NCBI GenBank assembly: GCA_965140585.1
Contig: OZ223265.1
Coordinates: 1 to 64,000 of the forward strand
Length of the DNA: 64,000 nucleotides
Direction: 5' to 3'
DNA from: Spirochaetia bacterium
GTDB taxonomy: Bacteria; Spirochaetota; Spirochaetia; UBA9216
Position numbers and translations under genes: made by a program. Shown piece after piece: positions 39,351 to 49,021 of the stretch. The notes under the pieces were generated by a model. The model was not told the origin of the DNA, made no database searches, and saw nothing but the letters and a program-made list of their open reading frames with translations. Numbering within the stretch: the stretch's first letter is position 1; each line of letters opens with the position of its first letter.

Positions 39351-39539
39351 ATGCCGGAAGTAGAGATCACCTTAAGTGAAAAAGAAGCAGCTGAAATTCT
39401 TGATAGTTTAACTTTCATCGAATCAAAGAGTAGGCAAATGTCGCTTGCAACAAGTCAGATGGATTCAAGACTTCTGCAGATTTCCCATCATGCACAGAGG
39501 ATATCTGAGAAGCTGAAAGATAAAGGCGTTGTTGTATGA
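39351..39539 (+). CDS. Phage hypothetical protein
   Basis: AGGAGG RBS; ATGA overlap with bet. Confidence 0.7.
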   Translation: MPEVEITLSEKEAAEILDSLTFIESKSRQMSLATSQMDSRLLQISHHAQRISEKLKDKGVVV

Positions 39540-40528
39540 ACACTGAGCATGCCCTGGCTGTGATTAATGAGCAGAAGATCATCGAATACTTGGATATTAC
39601 CGGTACCGGATCAAACCTTACGGATAACGAAAAGCGGCAGTTTATCGAGGTAGCAAAGGGATGTAACCTAAACCCTTTCAAAAGAGAAATCTACTGCCTG
39701 GCATACGATACACAGGATGGCCGGAAGTTATCAATCATCACAGGGTATGAGGTGTATCTTAAACGGGCGGAGCGGACTGGGATGCTTGATGGATGGAAAG
39801 TTGAGGTTAAAGGTTCGAGGAAAGATAATACTTTCCGGGCTATTCTAACAATCTTTCGGAAGGACTGGGATAAACCATTCATCCATGAGGCATACTTTGT
39901 TGAGTATAACCAAAGAAAGGCGCTATGGAAAACCAAGCCCATCACCATGATTAAAAAGGTAGCCATAGCCCAGGGTTTTAGGATGTGCTTCCCCGACATC
40001 TTTTCAGGCATGCCCTACACCGCCGAGGAATCAGGAGAAGACTTCCGGAACATCACACCAGAGGATTCTTCAGATGATGTTATGCAGCCGAAACCTGAGT
40101 CCTTTGAACCTGTCACAGATCCAGATAGCCCAGATTACATACCAGAAGATGATTACATCTTAAAACCAGAAGATTTCCAAATCGAAGATGCAGACAATAC
40201 CCCGGATTACGAGACTCCTGAAGATAAACACCAAACAATCGGTATACCAGCTGATGAAGCCAAACAGAGTCATATTGATATGGATTTCATTCATGAGGTT
40301 GAAGCCAGGGCAGATGAGATTCGGCAGTTTGCAGAAGCTCACAGAGAGTATATCAGGCCTGATGCATATGCGGCTCTTAATGATCTTGATATAAGAGCTT
40401 TGAAACAAGATGAACCTCATTTATACCTGGACTCAGTTTCAGAGAGGTTGAGAAATACCGTGAAACTTCGAATTGAACAAAAGAAGAGTAAACAAACCGG
40501 AACCCTTGAGAATCCGGAAATCTTTTAA
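39536..40528 (+). CDS. bet: Phage recombination protein Bet (RecT-family single-strand annealing protein)
   Basis: LNPFKREIY, W...P.TMIKKVA.AQGFR..FP...SG.PY..EE motifs. Confidence 0.88.
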   Translation: MNTEHALAVINEQKIIEYLDITGTGSNLTDNEKRQFIEVAKGCNLNPFKREIYCLAYDTQDGRKLSIITGYEVYLKRAERTGMLDGWKVEVKGSRKDNTFRAILTIFRKDWDKPFIHEAYFVEYNQRKALWKTKPITMIKKVAIAQGFRMCFPDIFSGMPYTAEESGEDFRNITPEDSSDDVMQPKPESFEPVTDPDSPDYIPEDDYILKPEDFQIEDADNTPDYETPEDKHQTIGIPADEAKQSHIDMDFIHEVEARADEIRQFAEAHREYIRPDAYAALNDLDIRALKQDEPHLYLDSVSERLRNTVKLRIEQKKSKQTGTLENPEIF

Positions 40529-40549
40529 ACACATAGGAGATAGAATATT

Positions 40550-40795
40550 TTGAAAATAGGAGCCTGTTGGATAAAGAAATCCAGTACCAATAATGAAACC
40601 TACCTATCCTGCGCACTTGAGATAGTCCCAGTTGAGCTAATGCTTGGAAGCAAAAACTTTGCACTTTTCAAGAACAAGGAAAAGAAAAAAGCTGAACAGC
40701 CGGATTATATAATCTCATTCAATCCACAAAAGCCTTCAAACACCCAGTCTAATAACAACAGCTATGGCGATTTTGAGGATGATATTCCCTTCTAA
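40550..40795 (+). CDS. DUF736-like ssDNA-binding protein with SSB-type acidic tail
   Basis: IGACW..K, N..K....PDY motifs; C-terminal FEDDIPF. Confidence 0.65.
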   Translation: MKIGACWIKKSSTNNETYLSCALEIVPVELMLGSKNFALFKNKEKKKAEQPDYIISFNPQKPSNTQSNNNSYGDFEDDIPF

Positions 40796-40806
40796 GGTCG
40801 GAAACA

Positions 40807-42126
40807 ATGAAAAGTCATCTGATGCAGGTAACAGACAGCACAGCCTTTCTCAAAAACGTTCCGGATAACACTTTCACCGCCTGTGTCACTGATGGTCCTT
40901 ATGGAATATCGTTCATGAACTCAGCCTGGGATACTTTCAATCCGGAAGTCCTTAGAGAAAAGATTGAGACAAATAAAAGCACCTTCCAGGGGAAAGAAGT
41001 CAGAAGACCTGCATGTGAGGCTGGACGATACAACCGGGATTTGGAATCAAACAGGGCTTTCCAGGCATGGTGTGAATCATGGGCCTCTGAAGTTTTACGC
41101 ACAGTAAAACCCGGCGGGATTCTTCTTTCATTTTGCGGACCGCGGACATATCACCGGATGGTTGCAGGTATTGAGGATGCAGGATGGATTGTCAAAGATA
41201 CCATGATGTGGATTTATGGTTCTGGGTTTCCAAAGTCTCACAATATCGGAAACTCTGTTGATAAGCAGCTTGGATGTTCAAACCGCGGTCATGCAATAAG
41301 CAGTGGAAACAAGTACCACCCTTCAACTGGTATTGCCAGAGCCTCCGGGGATAAACTTTCAAAGTACCAGGGAAGAACACAAGAAGGTTCTATTTGGGAA
41401 GGCTACGGAACAGCGCTTAAACCTGCTTATGAACCCATAGTTCTTGCTATGAAACCTCTTGATGGAACCTATGCAAACAATGCACTTACCTGGGGAGTTT
41501 CTGGGATAAACATCGATGAAACCAGAATTGAGAATAACGACCGGGAACTCTACGGGATTTCCGGGGATGAAGGGAAAACAAAGGTTTCCTGTTACAAGGA
41601 CCGTGAGCGGGTCTCATATGTTCCTAATGAGCTTGGCCGCTGGCCATCAAACATCCTCCTTGAGCAATATTCCAGAGGTTACCTTGATGCTCAGGCTGAT
41701 GAGAATATAAGCCGGTTTTTCTATTGTTCAAAATCAAGCAAAGCAGAACGGGAAGCAGGCCTATCTGATTTCGAATCCTTCCAGGTAAATGACGGCCGGA
41801 AATCAGAGATTGATAATGCCTACCAGCGCGGAGAGACCAGAAGAAAGAATATCCACCCTACAGTGAAACCTCTATCAGTTATGAGGTACCTGGTGAAGCT
41901 TGTTAAGATGCCTAAAGACAACCACATCCTTGATTTATTCATGGGTTCAGGGACTACCGGCTGTGCATGCGCACTTGAAGGGATAGAAGAGTTTACCGGG
42001 CTTGATAAAACCCCTGATTACCTTCCAATTGCAGAGGCACGAATCAAACACTGGGAAAAGGTTTCAGTTCGGGGGAAAGATTTTGACGAGCTGCAGGGGG
42101 ATTTATTCAATGCTGTTTGCTCATAA
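40807..42126 (+). CDS. Phage DNA methyltransferase (N4/N6, beta class)
   Basis: TDGPY (DPPY variant), YGSGFPKS, HPTVKP, DLFMGSGTTG. Confidence 0.88.
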   Translation: MKSHLMQVTDSTAFLKNVPDNTFTACVTDGPYGISFMNSAWDTFNPEVLREKIETNKSTFQGKEVRRPACEAGRYNRDLESNRAFQAWCESWASEVLRTVKPGGILLSFCGPRTYHRMVAGIEDAGWIVKDTMMWIYGSGFPKSHNIGNSVDKQLGCSNRGHAISSGNKYHPSTGIARASGDKLSKYQGRTQEGSIWEGYGTALKPAYEPIVLAMKPLDGTYANNALTWGVSGINIDETRIENNDRELYGISGDEGKTKVSCYKDRERVSYVPNELGRWPSNILLEQYSRGYLDAQADENISRFFYCSKSSKAEREAGLSDFESFQVNDGRKSEIDNAYQRGETRRKNIHPTVKPLSVMRYLVKLVKMPKDNHILDLFMGSGTTGCACALEGIEEFTGLDKTPDYLPIAEARIKHWEKVSVRGKDFDELQGDLFNAVCS

Positions 42127-42138
42127 GGTTGTAATCTG

Positions 42139-42606
42139 ATGGAAAAACTGAAACTAAAAGTCCTTCCTGCAAGCTCTAAAGACCCGCTTACAATCTCTTT
42201 CACCATCGAAAGAGAGGACCTGTATCTAACCAAGGCCTTTTATAAACAATACATCACTCCATGTCTTGATCATTATCTCACCATTGAAGTTAAGAAATGG
42301 TACCGGGAAAGAAGCCTCAATCAGAACAAGCTCTGGCACAAGATGCTCCGGGAACTTTCGGCCGGGCTTCAAACAGATATGGAGCTTATAAAGCAGGGAA
42401 TAAAGGAAGTGGCTGCAGATGAATACGGCTACCCTTCAGCGGTTAACCCGTTTAATAAAAACCGAACACCAAAGCCAAGCAGCCAGGCGACTGTTAAAGA
42501 AATGGGAATACTCATTGAAACAACCTTCATCGAGGGAGGCCAGTCTGGAGTTGATTTATCTGAATACGCGAATGATTACAGGAAGCTTAAGAATGACAGA
42601 GCGTGA
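42139..42606 (+). CDS. NinB/Orf-like recombination protein
   Basis: RSLNQNKLWH and PSS.ATVKEM..LIE motifs. Confidence 0.6.
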   Translation: MEKLKLKVLPASSKDPLTISFTIEREDLYLTKAFYKQYITPCLDHYLTIEVKKWYRERSLNQNKLWHKMLRELSAGLQTDMELIKQGIKEVAADEYGYPSAVNPFNKNRTPKPSSQATVKEMGILIETTFIEGGQSGVDLSEYANDYRKLKNDRA

Positions 42607-42883
42607 ATCATTTAAGCTGCAGGAGCTTAAACAGAAGAAGTTTTTCATCCAGGGCGGTCAGTGCGCGGTCTGCGGGAAAATGCTTCTGGATGGTACTCCC
42701 CAGCTTGCTCACAGAATCCCTCAGTCAGAAATGTTTCTACAGAAATACGGGGAAGCGGTTATTCATCATGAGAAAAACCTGGTACTTGTGTGCAGTGGGA
42801 AGTGTAATGATTCAGTACTTATTCAGAATAACCCGGTGGAAATACAAAGGCTCATCGATGAGATAGAAGGAGAGATTTTATGA
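42593..42883 (+). CDS. HNH-like zinc-finger protein
   Basis: CAVC...AHRIP...NLVLVC...CN; start at ATG 42593. Confidence 0.6.
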   Translation: MTERESFKLQELKQKKFFIQGGQCAVCGKMLLDGTPQLAHRIPQSEMFLQKYGEAVIHHEKNLVLVCSGKCNDSVLIQNNPVEIQRLIDEIEGEIL

Positions 42884-43704
42884 ATGGACAGATGAAAAAT
42901 ATCCCAATGGAACAGGTCCGGTTTATTGGAAACATTCGTGATGCAGATATCGAGATTGATGAGCTGGCTTCATCGATTAAGTACCAGGGATTATTACAGC
43001 CGGTTGTTGTGAGTCAAACCGGAGAGGGATACAACCTCATTGCCGGACACAGACGATTTAGAGCCTGTACCCTTCTTGGATGGACTGAGATCCCCGCGGT
43101 AATCAGAGACTTTGAGAATAACCGGGCTGTACAGCTTACAGAGAACATCCAGCGCAAGGAAATGACCAAACTTGAGGAAAGTACTGCAGTCTATAACCTT
43201 ATGAAAGATATAAAAGTCAATAAATCAAGGCTTGGGAAAATCCTGGGACGAAATCCAAACTGGATTGATAAGCGCTTAAGCTTCTACGAGGTTCGGGAGT
43301 TTCTTCTGGGCGCTGGAATCCTTCCGCTGAAGCTCATTGATACTATGAGTTTTGATATCGCAAAAATCGTGAGCAAGTATAACAGAAAATACTGGTTGCA
43401 GTTATGCTCAAACCTTCTTGGTAAACGCTGGCTCCCTGAACAGATCCGTGCTTACTGTGAGAGTGTTACAAATCCTAATTACAAACCCGCTCAGAACAAG
43501 AAGCCTGGGAATAAATCTGAGAAACGTACTCCGGAGCCCGGTTCTGATAACAAGATAATCCTTGATCTTCTAAACAGTGAAGAGGATGAGTTTTCAATAG
43601 TCCTTGATAAGAAAGATCTTGTAATAAAGCTTATGTTCCCAACTGATAAAGGCTTCAAGACCGTTAGTAACATCCTTCAGAAAGTCGGTGGGGAAATACT
43701 TTGA
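42880..43704 (+). CDS. ParB/RepB/Spo0J-family protein
   Basis: GLLQPVVV, IAGHRR, ENIQR motifs. Confidence 0.88.
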   Translation: MNGQMKNIPMEQVRFIGNIRDADIEIDELASSIKYQGLLQPVVVSQTGEGYNLIAGHRRFRACTLLGWTEIPAVIRDFENNRAVQLTENIQRKEMTKLEESTAVYNLMKDIKVNKSRLGKILGRNPNWIDKRLSFYEVREFLLGAGILPLKLIDTMSFDIAKIVSKYNRKYWLQLCSNLLGKRWLPEQIRAYCESVTNPNYKPAQNKKPGNKSEKRTPEPGSDNKIILDLLNSEEDEFSIVLDKKDLVIKLMFPTDKGFKTVSNILQKVGGEIL

Positions 43705-43734
43705 AAAGCATCTATTAAACAAAAGGTTAATACT

Positions 43735-44787
43735 ATGGCAGATAAGAAATACTACTGGTTGAAACTTCAAAAGAACTTTTTCAAGCGGCATGATGTAAAA
43801 ATAATCAAGGCAATGGATAACGGATTACAGCATGTTCATAACTACCTGCAGTTGATGCTTGAAAGCATTGATCATGAAGGCACCCTTCGATTCAGTGATG
43901 AAATACCCTATACCGTTTCAATGCTTGCCGCGGTCATCGATGAGGATAAGGACACCTTAGAAAAGACTTTTGAAATTCTCAAGTCTTTCAGGCTGCTTGA
44001 AATCTGGGATGACGGGACCATCTTTCTTACAAAGATTCCGGAAATGCTTGGTTGCGAAAGTGAAGCTGCAGAAAGAGTCCGGAAGTACCGGGAGAAGAAA
44101 CAATCTGAATCTGATGATTCCTCAGAGGATGACCAGGGAGAAAGTTCTATGGATGAACCTGATAACTACCCAGAAAATCCATGTAACGAGGATGTAACAG
44201 ACCCCGCGTTACATTGTAACAACGCTGTAACATCATGTAACGCGCATGAAACGCCGTGTAACGGAGGTGAAACAAGCTGTAACGCTGATGTAACACAGAG
44301 TAAGAGTAAGAGTAAGAGAGAGATAAAGAGTAAGAGTATTAATATGGCGCCAGAGGCTGAGCCTCCCGCGCTTTTTGGTCCGGATGAGATTGAATCTCAG
44401 GAGGAGGCTCCCCCTTCCGGGGAAGAACCTCTGGGGAATATGCTTAGCTTTCCTGACCCTGATACTCTGCTTTATAACCGCGTGAAAGATCTCTTTGAAC
44501 AAAAGCAGCCTCAAGGTAAGTTCACCAACTACGGCAAGGAAGGCGCTGCAATCAAGCAGCTCATCGCGAAATCAAGAGCCAGATCCCCAGATGATGATTT
44601 TCTAATCGGCATGATTCAGATGTTTGATAGACTTCGGGAACAGGAGGGCTTCTACAGGAAACAACCGTTTTTACCTTCGGCGCTCAATTCCTCCGGAATT
44701 TGGGATCGGGTACTCAATGCGGCACAGTTAATCTGGGTAGAGGGACAAACTCTCAAGGACATGGAGGAAGAGGAGATACTATTTTGA
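43735..44787 (+). CDS. Phage replisome organizer / replication initiator
   Basis: YYWLKL..NFF N-terminal domain, AERVRKYR, internal iterons. Confidence 0.85.
   Translation: MADKKYYWLKLQKNFFKRHDVKIIKAMDNGLQHVHNYLQLMLESIDHEGTLRFSDEIPYTVSMLAAVIDEDKDTLEKTFEILKSFRLLEIWDDGTIFLTKIPEMLGCESEAAERVRKYREKKQSESDDSSEDDQGESSMDEPDNYPENPCNEDVTDPALHCNNAVTSCNAHETPCNGGETSCNADVTQSKSKSKREIKSKSINMAPEAEPPALFGPDEIESQEEAPPSGEEPLGNMLSFPDPDTLLYNRVKDLFEQKQPQGKFTNYGKEGAAIKQLIAKSRARSPDDDFLIGMIQMFDRLREQEGFYRKQPFLPSALNSSGIWDRVLNAAQLIWVEGQTLKDMEEEEILF
44182..44338 (+). repeat. Probable replication origin: TG(T/A)AAC iterons plus AGAGTA repeats
   Basis: Ten direct copies at 10-11 bp spacing inside the initiator gene. Confidence 0.75.
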
Positions 44788-45209
44788 CTGTTGAAAAGTT
44801 TATATCAAAGATTCAGGGATCATACGGGACCTACTCTGCAGGTCAGCTGACTGTTGTAAAACAGTACCTTGAAAAACAGAAACCGGCACTTATTGAGTAT
44901 TTATATGCTGAAGTCTTAAAAACTGTCTCCTGGCAATACAAGACCCCACCAGGGCCCAAAGAGTTTGAACAGGCTATGAAGAATGTGAAAGTCCGGCCGG
45001 AACTCAGGATTGAGTTACAGCCTGCCCCTGTACTGAAACTTGATGAACCAGAAGTCCCTGCAGAGGAGGCAAAGAAGTTCTTTGATGAGCTTAAGAGAGT
45101 CACCAGTAAAAAGAAGCCTGAAGGGAGGGTCATTGACTATGCAGAGCGAAAAGCTCAGCTGCAAAGACAAGCTGTTACCCTGCAGGATAAAGCGGCATCG
45201 ATGCGATGA
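44784..45209 (+). CDS. Phage hypothetical protein (helicase-loader position)
   Basis: TTGA overlap with the initiator stop; function not recognisable. Confidence 0.6.
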   Translation: MTVEKFISKIQGSYGTYSAGQLTVVKQYLEKQKPALIEYLYAEVLKTVSWQYKTPPGPKEFEQAMKNVKVRPELRIELQPAPVLKLDEPEVPAEEAKKFFDELKRVTSKKKPEGRVIDYAERKAQLQRQAVTLQDKAASMR

Positions 45210-45225
45210 GCTTGGAGATTGTATC

Positions 45226-45483
45226 ATGAAATTCTTAAAAGAGTTCTTAATCAATCTGGGTGCCCTACTGGCTGCACTGGTTCTGCTTTTCTTTCCGGAA
45301 ATCATTGCAGCAATTGCGTGTAGCTTTTTCGGTGTTTCGGAGAATGCTGGTTGGTGGATTGTTCTTATCGGGTTGATTCTTCAGATTGCGGGTGGCATCA
45401 CCCTTGTACATTTCCTGTTTCCTGAAGGAATGGTTATCTCTGAATCGAAAACTGTCATAACTGAAATCAAGGGAGGTAGATAA
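45226..45483 (+). CDS. Small two-TM membrane protein
   Basis: GGAG RBS, two hydrophobic segments. Confidence 0.6.
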   Translation: MKFLKEFLINLGALLAALVLLFFPEIIAAIACSFFGVSENAGWWIVLIGLILQIAGGITLVHFLFPEGMVISESKTVITEIKGGR

Positions 45484-45487
45484 CATC

Positions 45488-45628
45488 ATGATTCACTGGG
45501 CCTGGCTTTTACTGATATTCCCTGCATCTTTTTTGAGTTTCATTATGGGGGTGATTATCGCTCACGGTATGCAAATTGAAGTGATTCTCGCTCCTGCAGG
45601 AAAAGAAACCGTGGAGGATAGAACATGA
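45488..45628 (+). CDS. 46-aa single-TM protein (not in ORF track)
   Basis: GGAGG RBS; MIHWAWLLLIFPASF...; ATGA overlap with the next gene. Confidence 0.55.
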   Translation: MIHWAWLLLIFPASFLSFIMGVIIAHGMQIEVILAPAGKETVEDRT

Positions 45629-46011
45629 AAAAGGTGAAACAGTCTGTATGGACATTTCGAAAATCCTATTGCCGGAAACTGCTTAACCAGATATTCCGGA
45701 AAGACAATATCTGTCCAGACTGTGCTGGGCACGGTATCTCACTTGCATTCTGTGATTACGTTGATGAATCGAAAAATGGGCTTGAGATCCTTAAGTGTAG
45801 AAGATGCGCGGGCAAAGGTCATATCTCTTTCGTCATGAAAGACTGGATTGAAAAAGGTCTGCAGCTTCGAACGCTCATGCTTGAGAACCACTGGTCATTT
45901 AAGGATGTGTCGAAGCTTACCGGTTTCGGGGTAGTTGCTGTATCTGATGCGAAACATGGATATTCAGACCCCACTCCTGTACTTGAAGCACTCCCCGGAG
46001 GTTTCAAATGA
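45625..46011 (+). CDS. Zinc-finger (CxxCxGxG x2) protein with HTH-like C-terminus
   Basis: CPDCAGHG and CRRCAGKG motifs. Confidence 0.6.
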   Translation: MKKVKQSVWTFRKSYCRKLLNQIFRKDNICPDCAGHGISLAFCDYVDESKNGLEILKCRRCAGKGHISFVMKDWIEKGLQLRTLMLENHWSFKDVSKLTGFGVVAVSDAKHGYSDPTPVLEALPGGFK

Positions 46012-46039
46012 AACCACTTTCACAAGGATTGTTACAGAT

Positions 46040-46435
46040 ATGAGTAAATCTATTACAAAAACACCGGAAAAAGTTACAGATTCCCCGGATCATATAACAA
46101 AAGTCCTGGCAATTCTCACAAAGGTTGATTCCCAGAGATTGAAACCTGAAGCAGCTGTAGAAGAGATTGAGGAGGTATTTGCAGAACTCTATGCACCGGT
46201 AGTCACCCCGGTTATAAACACCTTGATTGAAGGATTCAGGACGCTTGTTCAGATGTATCCGGAACTCATAGACGGTTCATCACCTGAAAGTCAGCTGAAG
46301 CACTGCGGCACATGTGATAATTGGGCGGGTGCTGTTTACCAATGTATGTCTGAGATTGATGAGGAGGTAGGATACTTCGATTGTGCATGTATGGGTAAGC
46401 ACTGGGTACCAGAGACATCCGGGGAAAGGATATAA
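46040..46435 (+). CDS. Phage hypothetical protein with Cys-rich C-terminus
   Basis: CxxC...C...C cluster; AAGGA RBS. Confidence 0.55.
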   Translation: MSKSITKTPEKVTDSPDHITKVLAILTKVDSQRLKPEAAVEEIEEVFAELYAPVVTPVINTLIEGFRTLVQMYPELIDGSSPESQLKHCGTCDNWAGAVYQCMSEIDEEVGYFDCACMGKHWVPETSGERI

Positions 46436-46436
46436 G

Positions 46437-46895
46437 ATGCAAAACCGGCTTAAAATGTTGTTCTTCCGGATAATGCTCCTTGGTTGTGTGAACATGTACC
46501 AGAGTTTTGATTATCCGGAAAACCTTCTCCCCGGGATCACCTATTACCTACTTTCACTATTCTGTGCATATCATATTGTCAGAGTACATGGGGATAGAAA
46601 GGGTTGGAAAATAATCCTGGATGAAAGTATTTCAATATTCCTTGTTGCATTTGCCCTGTATCCGTTTTCTGAGTTTATACACTTTGGGAATGTCTATCTA
46701 TGGATGGGGATCATATTGTTACTCTATTTCATGAGTAAGAGGATTGGAAACCCGGGAATTGAAAACCGTATTTCCGGGGATTACAGCATCGGTAAAAATC
46801 GACAGTCTGTAGCGTTTTATTTGAAGGAAGTTAATCATTTTTCTACAGACAGGAAAATGAATAAACCTGTGGATTGCTCCACTGTCGATATTTAA
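46437..46895 (+). CDS. Hypothetical membrane protein
   Basis: About four hydrophobic segments. Confidence 0.5.
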   Translation: MQNRLKMLFFRIMLLGCVNMYQSFDYPENLLPGITYYLLSLFCAYHIVRVHGDRKGWKIILDESISIFLVAFALYPFSEFIHFGNVYLWMGIILLLYFMSKRIGNPGIENRISGDYSIGKNRQSVAFYLKEVNHFSTDRKMNKPVDCSTVDI

Positions 46896-47172
46896 TCAGC
46901 ATAGTTTGCACAGGAGAGCCTTTGGGTAAAAGAAACTCTCCTGCACAAGGGGTTATGTGTCTGCAATTAACACTTGTTTAGTACTTTATATCGGGGACAT
47001 GAATCAAACAACAGTAAAGGAGTCAATTTTACAATTTTAACATATTAAACGGCCCGGGAAGCTATGACGGCCAACATGCATTCCCGAACCGTATAAAGAA
47101 TAAGGAATTTCCCTAATGATAGTTTAGAGAATTCATTTAGAGATATCAAATTTATGATGAAATAAATCAAAC

Positions 47173-47299
47173 TCCTGCGGTAGGCAGGGAAAAAAAGACG
47201 GCAGTCCGGGGATTGCACTCCCCGAACAGGTGCGGAAACACCTACAGAAACTCTGCTACCGTCAATCATCTGCTTTGATGATAATCGGCGGGTTTCTAT
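47173..47299 (+). ncRNA. Candidate structured cis-regulatory RNA upstream of the Dam-like gene
   Basis: Several nested hairpins and a possible pseudoknot pairing in a 450-bp intergenic gap. Confidence 0.4.
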
Positions 47300-47347
47300 T
47301 GTTCATTAAGAGGATGCTGAAATAAAACATAGGATTATTACAACAGT

Positions 47348-48139
47348 ATGAAAACACCACTTACTTACTACGGCGGAAAGCAGCAGCTGGCATCTCTTAT
47401 CATTTCACTTATTCCGGAACATAAGCTCTATTGTGAACCCTTTGTCGGAGGGGGCGCGGTATTCTTCCGGAAAGAGCCTTCTTCAGTAGAAGTTGTCAAC
47501 GATATCAACAGTGAACTGGTCAACTTCTATGAGGTCGTGAAAAACGATTTTCAGGCGCTTGAGAAGGAAATCAGGATAACCCTTCACAGCCGGGACCAGC
47601 ACAGGAAAGCAACTGTAATCTATAACAATCCGGATATGTTTGACCGGGTAAAACGAGCCTGGGCGCTGTGGGTAATGTCGAATGAATCCTACTGTGGAAA
47701 GCTTGACGGGTCATTCGGATATGACAGGAAAGGTCAAACAGTAAAGACTATCACCAACAAACGTGAAGGGTTCACAGAGGACTATGCTATCAGGCTTCAG
47801 AATGTACAAATTGAATGTGCCGGGGCACTCCGGATTATCAGAAGCTATGACACCGAGGGTTCATTTTTCTACTGTGACCCACCGTATTTCAATTCTGATA
47901 TGGGGCATTATGACGGGTACACCAAGGAAGATTTTATTGAGCTGCTTGAAACCCTATCAAACATCAAGGGGAAATTCCTTCTCAGCTCATACCCCTCAGA
48001 CATTATTGAGGATTACACCAGGAATAATAACTGGTGGAGGTATGAAAAAACCATGAGTCTTTGTATGACTCATCCTATAAATGGGGCTAAGAGGCAGAAA
48101 CGGGAAATCCTTACAGCCAATTACATTCCGGGGACATAG
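47348..48139 (+). CDS. Dam-like (D12 class) DNA adenine methyltransferase
   Basis: YYGGK, EPFVGGG, NDIN, DPPY motifs. Confidence 0.92.
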   Translation: MKTPLTYYGGKQQLASLIISLIPEHKLYCEPFVGGGAVFFRKEPSSVEVVNDINSELVNFYEVVKNDFQALEKEIRITLHSRDQHRKATVIYNNPDMFDRVKRAWALWVMSNESYCGKLDGSFGYDRKGQTVKTITNKREGFTEDYAIRLQNVQIECAGALRIIRSYDTEGSFFYCDPPYFNSDMGHYDGYTKEDFIELLETLSNIKGKFLLSSYPSDIIEDYTRNNNWWRYEKTMSLCMTHPINGAKRQKREILTANYIPGT

Positions 48140-48210
48140 AAATCGGATTAATAAGTAAATGTAATCATAGGTCTGGTTCCATTAGATCACGTCTTATAAA
48201 AGGAGATTGA

Positions 48211-48477
48211 ATGAAGCTTGCAGAGCCTACAACGACAGTATCAGATTGGATGATTGAGAAGGCAGGGTATGAAAACTGGGTGGAGTTTTGTAAACGGTTC
48301 GGAGGTCAAAACTGGTGGATTCCAACTACTCCGGCAATCGTTCAAAGGGATGAGGAAATCCGAAGGCTTTATAATGATCTTATATTAACGCCTGGAACCA
48401 AGCAAACGATTATTTTAAAGAAATTATCTCAAAAGTATAAAATTTCAATTCGAACATTAAGAAGAGTCATATCATAA
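48211..48477 (+). CDS. Mor/C-family transcription activator
   Basis: FGG..WWIP, RDEEI, C-terminal HTH (LSQKYKISIRTLRRVI). Confidence 0.72.
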   Translation: MKLAEPTTTVSDWMIEKAGYENWVEFCKRFGGQNWWIPTTPAIVQRDEEIRRLYNDLILTPGTKQTIILKKLSQKYKISIRTLRRVIS

Positions 48478-48583
48478 TATGTCAATTTGACTTTCATGTA
48501 ATGAATTATTAAAATTCAATTACTACATTTCTTCATAGCCTTCAACTTATTTCTTTAATATTTAATTTCAAAAGGAGAAACCC

Positions 48584-49021
48584 TTGAGAAGTATAGATAA
48601 GATAATGGTAATTGAAAGAGACTTTCCACTAGCCCTTTATATGAAAATCAGGATACATGCTCTGGGCTTAAAAGTTGATAAAATCTATTCAGATTATGAC
48701 CAGGCAAAAAGAGAATTTAAATTAAATAGACCTGATTTAATCATAGTTGATGTAGAAAAGAATGATGAAAACCTGGCAACTGAAACAGTGAAAAAGATGC
48801 AGGAGATTGATGACTCCATAAAGGTTATTTTTATCATCGATGCTCATCATAATGATAATCTTTCAGAAAATCTATCAGAGATACAACCATATATGGTTTT
48901 AACAAAACCGATTGGAAATAGGCAATTTGCCTACTCGATACTTTCCGCGTTAAGTGAGAAAAATAGTGGTTCTGTTGTTGAAACACAAAAAACAACTAAT
49001 AAACAGAAGAATATTAAATAA
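48584..49021 (+). CDS. Atypical single-domain response regulator
   Basis: PDLIIVD and KP motifs; acidic pocket degenerate. Confidence 0.7.
   Translation: MRSIDKIMVIERDFPLALYMKIRIHALGLKVDKIYSDYDQAKREFKLNRPDLIIVDVEKNDENLATETVKKMQEIDDSIKVIFIIDAHHNDNLSENLSEIQPYMVLTKPIGNRQFAYSILSALSEKNSGSVVETQKTTNKQKNIK

Noticed and set aside
45226-45628. Small membrane proteins as holin or spanin
   Set aside because: Located in the early replication operon with no endolysin nearby
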